From: Eledone cirrhosa | Lineage: Eukaryota | Assembly: GCA_964016885.1 (NCBI GenBank) | Contig: OZ024740.1 | Span: forward strand, 36,580,001 to 36,644,000 | DNA: 64,000 bases | Direction: 5' to 3' | Shown here: positions 55,207 to 64,000 of the stretch, piece by piece | Layout: each line of letters begins with the position of its first letter | Numbering within the stretch: the first letter of the stretch is position 1 | Made by a program: the position numbers and the translations under genes | The notes under the pieces: generated by a model | Seen by the model: the letters and a program-made list of their open reading frames with translations, nothing else | Database searches by the model: none | What the model was told of the DNA's origin: nothing

Positions 55207-56194
55207 AACAAGGGGAAGAAGAATAGTGCATGGTTGCACATGGATTACATATTATAAAATTAGTCCCTCATCGGTGATTTTACCAACCATCATTGGTATT
55301 TCATCGCATTAAAAATCAGATACCTCCGGTTGGTGCGAGCAATAACTAAAATAAGCTATTGGGACAAGTGAAACGCGTAAAGCGAGTGAGACAATTAAAC
55401 AACAGAAGGAAAAGCAAACCGAAGGTTGGAAAACAGCAAGCCACATGGTAGTTACCCGATCAGCATAAGCTGGGTGAATTTCATGAGCGGTCAGAAAAGC
55501 AGACCGTACGCCATGAGTGCGGTGTGAGAAAGAAGGAAGCCCACTAGTAGCGAACGGGAGGAAGTGAGAAGGGGAGAAACAGAGAGTGAGTGAGTGGAAG
55601 TGCGAGGAAGAGGTCAGTCGAGAGAAAAAGTAATTGACAGAGAAGGTGAAAGAAGGTAAGAGTTATTCCATTTACCAAAGGTTTCACGAAGACAGCCGAA
55701 CTCAACAGAGACGTCTGAAATCGCTCAAATAGCTCTGCAGCATACATAGAGCACTCTCCTTTCATTTACCCTTCCTACGTAAATACTTCATATATATAAA
55801 AATACAATATATATATATATATATATAATGCAACCGGTATGTCGGTTGAACACTCGATGCTCGGTGATATCTACTTTCTTGGAACCGAGACAATAATAGG
55901 CTAAAGCCTTTGTGGTTTACTCTATTAAACATTGGTTGGAAATGCTCATTTGCATATAGTGTGAATTTGATCGGCTAGGATTAATTACCAGTAGCACTAA
56001 CATAGCGTGGTTCATAATAGCTGTGTATAGAAAGCATAGCATATACCATGTAATTATTATGTAATAAACGCCATAGAGTCTCCTTTTTGAATGAAATAGC
56101 TGTAATATAATCACATTGCCACTAGGCAGCAGTCGTACATCGTTTTACAGATACACTCTAGCGCGTGAGTGTGACAAATAGGGCAACAATTATG

Positions 56195-57202
56195 TAGAGG
56201 ATAAGGAAGATGGTAGGTAAGGTCAACACATGGTATGACAACAAAGATTACCAGAGTGTGATGTTTGTCGATGCTACTCCACGTGGCGAATTAATTTATA
56301 GATTTAAAAAGGCTTTAGATAAACTTAAATTGAAGATTAAGGTAGGAGGAAAAACTGGAGTTCCCATAAAATCTTTAATTAGTATAAGAAAACCTGTATC
56401 AACATAAATTATATACTATATAAGATAAGCCTACAGATAAACTGTAAAACTAGGAATGTCATGTATGGTATAAGTTGCGCACAGAGAGATGATGTAGAAA
56501 CATGACCATGACATACATAAGAGAAACTGCTTATAGTATAGGAGAACGAATGAAGGTGTACTGGCGGGAATTCAAAGACAAAAATATCTCGTCAGTGCTC
56601 TATGAACATGCTAAACTAGACCATGGTGTCTTATTAGAAAACTTTGAGATAAAAATGATATTTACACACCGAACAGTCTCAATGCTCGACGATTAAGGAA
56701 GCCATGTATAGAACAGAAAGTAAACTCTCCCCCAATAGAAAGCACGACCTAGAGACTGATGACAATATAAGGACACATAAGAATAAATACAAAGGGTTTC
56801 ACAAACAGACATAAACCTACCCTTAATAGAATACAGGAATGGAATAATAACTACCTAGTGATAGGCGGGAGAATATAACACATACATACAGATATATGCA
56901 TATCCATGTTGAAGACAGAAACTTGTGGAAATAGCTGTTCACAAAGACACACATGTGCAGACCACATACACAGTATAGAAAAACAAGGCGGAGCAAATCG
57001 ATCAAGATCAAAATGTAGACGAGACGCAGAGGAGCAAGAATAGTCATTCCAAAGGTGATAGAATATGTGACGAAAGAGATTTGACAATTCAATAACCAAC
57101 CGTTTACTAAACTAACAAAGTTTAACTAATAATAATACTGAAATGAAACTCAACTGGTGCGTGTGTCTTTACTGGCAACGCGACCGGCCCCAAATATAAC
57201 AA
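56195..57202 (+). mobile_element. Decayed PLE family B 3' fragment
   Basis: TWYDNKDYQSVMFVDATPRGEL; TYIRETAYSIGER; terminus similar to 48880-48900. Confidence 0.8.
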
Positions 57203-57539
57203 CACACCTCCCCACCTACACACATATATACATAAACATTAGTGTGTTCCATTTTGTAAACTATTCACCAATCATCTCATGTCGATTACGGCCGTATTTG
57301 AGCTGTTTAATTAACGATGTATGTCGTTAGAGATCAATAGAATAATGTTTAAAATTTGCACACTTTCACATATTTTTTATTTACGATGATCTTTTGGATC
57401 TGGCCTGTCGTATATTATCCTTTCTGTTCACTTTACTGAATCCAATGGGGAAACCACACGACAGAACGAAATAAAATGAAAATAAGGAGGAATACGGTCT
57501 AAATACAGTTATATTGAGGTTAACTAGAGACACTTTTTA

Positions 57540-58830
57540 TGAATGAAATTTATAACCAGAAATAACTTTTTGTAGATCTCTTGGCTTACATAGTGTAAGC
57601 TTAAGTTGTTCTTTGAACAGAACTATCTTGATTACATATATGGCCTTAGCCATCCAGCAAGCTTGGTGGTAAACGCATTGGACCAAGAAGGAGGTAAACC
57701 AACTGGTGGTAAACGCATTGGACCACCTAGATAGAGAATGGGGTGCTTTATGGACTAGGATTAGTCTTCTCAGGAATGATCTCCAAAAATCAATACAGTC
57801 TGTAGATCTTCAACCCCCCCCCCCTTTTTTGTGCAAGTAAAAATCTTCCATGGGCTCATCATCATCCAGGATAGTTTGATAATAAGACTTATCGATGGTG
57901 TCCCAAAGTTCCAGAAACTTTGTACATTGGGATACTGAAAGCAGTTGATGGGAAAAAGACCTGAAAGACATACCAAGGCATACCAATAGGAACACAGAAG
58001 AGCTCCTCCTTTCCTTTTTCTATAACTAAAACTGCGATCCGATATTCAAGTGTGCTAGATTGAGAAGCCGATAGTTATGATTCTCCATCCCAGTGGAGGA
58101 CAAACGAGGATCTGTTTTCAGGTGGGAATCGGATAACTCGATTTCCTGAACCATAATCTCACAATGTCTGGTTCTTGGTCGATAAGCTGTTGAGGGGGAA
58201 ATCGAAAATTCAGACTCATCATGACAAAGACTCTCCACAATTGTGATGTTAGAAGTACTTGTTTGTTATACCGATAGTTCCTCCCATTCCCACGTGGCAA
58301 CAAGAGTAATGTCGAGAGTCGGCTTTATTCGCAGTGGTTTTCAGAGCGGTGCTGGCCTGAAGATTTCGTCACCACCATCACTCATAGCTAAGCTGATGAC
58401 GAACTTTCAAGAGCTACTTTCTTGGACACCTTTGTGACTTCTTTATCCTGCTTTCTCTTTCTTATTTTCATATCGTGAATATTCTTTTCCTTCTTTTGAA
58501 TGGCTCTCACATGTTCTGCATGAATTGAATGGCTCTCACATGTTCTGTCTCAAGGAAAGCATCATCTTCAGATGGGATATACTTTCATTCAAGAACGCCC
58601 TGGCTAGCAATGTCAAAGATTTCCTCGAGATCACCTTCCCGATTCACACTTTGCAATTGCTTTGTCAGTCAGCCTTTTACTTTTATTTTTTCAATCCTTG
58701 ATACTCCTTATACAATTTCTCGATTGAAGTGCGGATGTTTTTTTCCGTTTTGGTTAGGATATTTGCTTTCCTCCACACTTCCCGGATCTTCTGGCGAGTG
58801 TCTTTTACGAGATCGACATGGGGGTTGAGA
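57540..58830 (-). pseudogene. Decayed DNA transposase, hATm/Cc8K15.2-like
   Basis: Fragments VWRKANILTK..IEKLYKEY, LEEIFDIA..EDDAFL, WDTIDKSYY, ILYLGG, YHQACWMAKAIYVIKIVLFKEQLKLT; family assigned from recalled motifs; possible TIR remnant TTAGTGTGTTCC at 57239. Confidence 0.65.
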
Positions 58831-58869
58831 AAAACAAAAGCACTTGTTGTTTGGAGGGAAGTCGAGTCT

Positions 58870-59862
58870 GAAGTAACTCAGTAGAAAGAAAAAATAGAAA
58901 GAAAAATATAATTTGGTTCTGTTCACCCATCGTGCTTGGAACTAATGTAGGTGAGAAAATCTTAGCGCTTCTAGACAAGCATTTCCCTATAGGGAAATAC
59001 AGACCTATCTTTAATAGACACAGGTTGAAAATCCGATATTACTTTGCTAAATATATGAAAGCCCTCATCACTACTAACCACAAGGGCTCTCCCCCACCCG
59101 AAAGCTCTTGTTGAAAGCCATATTCATGCTCTCTTCAACAACAGTGTAACACACCCGCAGTCGTCTATAAGTCTGAAGTTACATCAACTCGGCCGAATCA
59201 ACAACAGAAGGTCAAAACATATTTAGGTATGTCGGAGGACTGATTTAAAGAACGCTTCCTTAACCATAAGACGACCTTTAGACACTCTGATAAGAGATCG
59301 TCCACGAAGCTGGCAAGCCACTTATGATCACTCAAGGATGCAGACGTCAATTTCTCCGTTCAATAGAAAGTTCCAACGAAATCCGGGCCATACGGAAATA
59401 GAGCAGGGCCTTGTAAGTTGTGCATTAATGAAAGCGTAAATATCTTGCAGAGGTTACGTAACAGTACTTACCTTATCATGAGAGACGAATTTTTTAATGG
59501 CTGCCCCCATGCTGCGAAATTTCTATTACGTAACTGGAAGGACTCAGGATAACAAGAAGTTTAACTCGGACTGAACTACCACAAGCGATCGATCTTCAAA
59601 GGTTGTCCTCCCGACAACAGTCTAATTTGAGTTGTCTCCCTTGTCATCAAACTACCGACATCTGCCGCGCAGAATCTACCCAGCTCATGTATGCTTCCGT
59701 TCTCACTATAACCCTATACGAGTTGAGAGTCCCTCTGATGAAACACGTGTGCTCGAATATAGTTTGCTAATTTTTTTGTGGAAGCAACTCCATACCAAAC
59801 ACGTCCTTTGGACTGAGTGGTCTACCAACTTCGGATATAACCTCCGGTTTTTTTTACCACAA
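58870..59862 (+). mobile_element. Decayed Neptune-like PLE 3' fragment
   Basis: LDKHFP..IFNRH, VVYKSEV..TYLGMSE, FKERFLNH, CKLC, CPHAAKFLL; multiple stops. Confidence 0.82.
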
Positions 59863-59922
59863 TATATATATATATATATACATACAAAGTGAAAAGCGAG
59901 AGAGAGAGAAAGAGAGAGAGAG

Positions 59923-59994
<72 letters not shown>

Positions 59995-60439
59995 TGTAAA
60001 ATGCCGACCGTGGTGCCAAGTGATTTCGGCTTGCGTGTGACACATATCTCTACACCTACGCATTAGTACTCCCATGATTAGAGTTCACCCAATTCAGCGT
60101 CGCAGACTCTCTCTGTCTCCCCCTCTCTCTCTCTCTATATATATATATATATGCGTGTATGTGTGTGTGTGTGTGCGTGCGTGTGTGTGTATACAAACTG
60201 ATACATACAGTGTATATACAGTGAAATATAAATACAATACATATGAATTATGAAAACAGGACACATTAAAATAAACATGTGTTTGTGTGTAAATGTATGT
60301 GTGTGAGCGCCTGTGTGTATATGAGTATGTGTACATATATAATATTCTATATACATTTATCTGAATGTCAGTTTCCATTTCATCTCACTTTTCAAAACTT
60401 CATGTTGACACACTAGCACATGCCTGCCCCTCCCCCTCT

Positions 60440-60529
<90 letters not shown>

Positions 60530-61048
60530 AATAAAATTAGTCCTTCATCAGTGATCTTCCAGGCTTCATTGGTATTTCATATGAAGGTTGGAAGATCACT
60601 GATGAAGGACTAATTTTATTCATATGTAACCCATATTTGCAACCACGCAGCACGCCATTTTTTCATATATATATATATATATATATAGGAAAATGTTTAA
60701 CCCCGACGGCAGAGCTCAAGCCATTTCGACGGCTATTTCTGAGTTATATATATATATATAAAAATATATGTGCATATATATGTATGTATATATGTATATA
60801 TATATATATATGTAGTGAATATATGTATGTGTATATATATATAGTGAATATCATTTCACACCTTTTATTGTTAAGATTTTTGATGTTCTATTAAGAGAAC
60901 CGATTTTACTGAAAAAATCGAATAATGTACACCATTTTACCAGGGGGAAAAAATACTGGTCCACCTACACACACACACACACACACATATATACACAAAC
61001 ACATACACACGCGTACATCAACATACAAAGAGACTTATACACACACAT

Positions 61049-61110
<62 letters not shown>

Positions 61111-61200
61111 TTCTCCGTATAAGACAAAAGCTGAAAAATATCTTTTGACATGCTAAAATTGATTTCAGACACATTCTTACTGACCATCGAATTACTCTGT

Positions 61201-61231
<31 letters not shown>

Positions 61232-61319
61232 TTATCTTAATAGCCATTTGACACACATCGCTGTTGGCCATTGTCGCAGCATCGAACACCTTACTACTAC
61301 TACTACACACACACACACA

Positions 61320-61382
<63 letters not shown>

Positions 61383-61669
61383 TTGTTGTGAAAGAGTCAT
61401 TTCTCAATCTTGGCGGAAAACCGATTTTTTATCCACATGACCTCTACCGACCAATCAAAATTGTTTTTACCAAGAATTTTTGCTGGAGCCACTTTTTGAA
61501 CATAAAAACAGTCTTGGCACAAAATCAACTTTTTACATTCACATGACCTCTACCGACCAATCAAAATTGTTTTGACCACAAGCATTTTTGCAACACAAAA
61601 ATAACGCTGGAGCCACTTTTTTAACATAAAATGATGTGAGAAAAACCACAGACCCTCCATCTCAACTCA

Positions 61670-61707
61670 CCTTTTGAAAAGCAGAAGAACTGCGAAACCG
61701 GTAAAGG
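61670..61707 (+). ncRNA. Minimal hammerhead, U3:A8 core variant
   Basis: CCTT-TTGAAAA-GCAG AAGAA CTGC-GAAA-CCGG-TA-AAGG. Confidence 0.7.
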
Positions 61708-61840
61708 AACCAAATAAATATATATATTTTTTTAAAAAATAAGACTTCAGTTGCATTTTCGATTTCATCTCTTTTTCTTTATACTTTCACTCGTGTAGGA
61801 CACCTCGGTTATTTTTCATTTTGTAAAAAAAAAACCTCAC

Positions 61841-61878
<38 letters not shown>

Positions 61879-61934
61879 TGTGTCTATATATATGTATATA
61901 TATATAGACATACATACATACACGCACACACACA

Positions 61935-61986
<52 letters not shown>

Positions 61987-62030
61987 AAAAAATATATATA
62001 TATATGTATATATATACATACACACACACT

Positions 62031-62076
<46 letters not shown>

Positions 62077-62083
62077 GATATAT

Positions 62084-62121
<38 letters not shown>

Positions 62122-62123
<2 letters not shown>

Positions 62124-62809
62124 CATCATCATCATCATCATCGTTTAACGTCCATATTCCACGCTTGCATGGGTTTGGACGGGAGTTTTCCCACTTGAGG
62201 CAAGAGTGGTTGTCTTGCTCGCATAGGACTGTCTGGCGGGTTTTCTACGGCTGGATGCCCTTCCTAACACCAACCACATTTACAGTGTGGAACTGGGAGG
62301 TTTTTACCGTGTTACCTACACGGCCACATTACAGCGTGGACTGTGTGTTTTGTTGTCGTGACACCTGCACGACCTCATTTGTTTCGGCCTGGATGTTGTG
62401 GTACCAACATAACTTTACATTGAAAGGGGTGGTGTGGATGGGGTTGGAGTAGTGGGACGGGGGTGTATTTTGTTAGAGGTGCCTACTGACTGTAGTAGGT
62501 TTTACTTTGTGTTTAGGTAAGGCGGGTCTTCTCTATTACTGTGTAGCGCCAAAGATCTCGGTCCAGTGACATTGTCTTGGAGAGGTGTAAGTGTGTGAGG
62601 TCGGAATTTATCAAGTCGTCCCAGGTTTTTCTGGGTCTGCCTACTCCGTGGCTACCGTCTATTTTTTATTGCCCTGCACTTTTTTATACAGCTGTCGTCT
62701 TTCATGCGCATCACGTGACCATACCAACGTAGCCTTCTCTCGAGTAAACAACATCTGATCCCTCTTATTTCTAATGTTTCCCTTAGTTCGTTTATGCTTT
62801 GCCGTTCAC

Positions 62810-62810
<1 letters not shown>
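62122..62810 (-). mobile_element. RTE-clade LINE 3' fragment with (GAT)n tail
   Basis: RRLRWYGHVMRM..GVGRPRKTWDDLI..DRDLWR. Confidence 0.8.
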
Positions 62811-62841
<31 letters not shown>

Positions 62842-62843
<2 letters not shown>

Positions 62844-64000
62844 TTATACTTGGGGAGGGTCATATTTGTGTAATGATATTGTCAGAATTAATAACAGAAC
62901 ACACTCACTGTTTGGTTGGTTTTCGCTTTTGTGGCTTTTATATCGGTTAATTTAATTTATTCGTTCCTCAATGTAGACACAATATAGACACAAACACATA
63001 TATATAAAGTTCTTTCGTTGCACATCTGCAACATCGTCAGTGGTGCTATTATGTTTCCTCCCGTTGCATTGTATGCTTACGCCATCTTAATTTAGTCTGT
63101 TTATTTTTATTTTATTTTTTTGTCTTCTCTGCGCATGCGTTTGCGTGTGTGTATAGTGTTTTGTTTGATGTGTGTTCTTGTTTGGGTGACTGTGTATTGG
63201 TTAATGTATTCTATCTTAGTTTACTAGTGTGTGTTTATATGTGTTTGTTGTTATTGTGCTTGTGTATGTATTTATTTATTTATTTATTTATTTATGCTTC
63301 TCTTAGGTCAGTGTTGTTTGTTTGGGTGTTGTTGTTATTCCATTCATTTTTTTCTGTTTAGCCTTAGCCTTCTAAGTTCTATTTCGCTGGCCTCTCTGAT
63401 TTGCCTATCTGCTGGGTCATTCCTATGTTTAGATATTATTCTAACTTCTATGTTGTCTATGTTACCGTTGTGTTGTTTTCTGGCATGTTCGTATAGTACT
63501 GAACCGTTTATTCGTCCTTTTAGTTACCCCCAGTGTTGGTCTATCCTTTCACCTATGCTACGAGCTGTCTCGCCTATGTATGTTGTTGTCATGTTTCTGC
63601 AAGTACCCTATGTACATCTTATGCTATAGACTACGTTTCTAGTTTTACAGTTTATCCGGGGGTTTACCTTACATATGATACATTTCCTATTAGTACAGTG
63701 GGTTTTCTTAAAAGGGAAGGTTTTGCTGATCAGGGATTTTATGGTGGTTCCTGGCTTTTCTACCACCTTAATCTTTAAGTGGGTCTTTCTCACGGCTTTA
63801 TACACTGGTTAGCTAATTTACCTCCACGGGTAGCGTCCACAAACATGACACTCTGGTATCTCTGGTTGTCGTACCATAAGGTGGCTTTCCCTATCTTATG
63901 TCTTGTCCTATCTAAGCTCTTCCATGATTTGCTCCTGTATAATGGGCAAATTCCTTTCATGTCCAGTTCTATGAGGGTCTTATACTGCTCCGTGGCTCCT
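62842..64000 (-). mobile_element. PLE family B copy (runs off window), close to 46106-47915
   Basis: High nucleotide similarity to 46106-47350. Confidence 0.88.

Overview
Eukaryotic, AT- and microsatellite-rich intergenic or intronic DNA, most likely from an animal. The SINE types and repeat landscape resemble a cephalopod such as Octopus (inference only). No host protein-coding gene can be supported. The window is a nest of transposons: an R4/Dong-like RLE LINE, a near full-length Tx1/L1 LINE, RTE fragments, many Penelope-like element (PLE) fragments of at least two families, a Mag/Gypsy fragment, a non-autonomous LTR element, Helitron-like and mariner-like non-autonomous elements, a decayed hATm-like transposase, tRNA-derived SINEs and a ~16 kb trinucleotide-repeat field. 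The standout signal is RNA-level: about 17 type I hammerhead-ribozyme motifs, some with core mutations. Many lie in non-coding tandem units of ~525, ~543 and ~659 bp (retrozyme-like, with compensatory base-pair changes between two of the families). These units insert into (TA)n with 5' inversions, and one abuts a PLE fragment that could represent its mobilising partner. All motifs were folded by eye; no searches were run.
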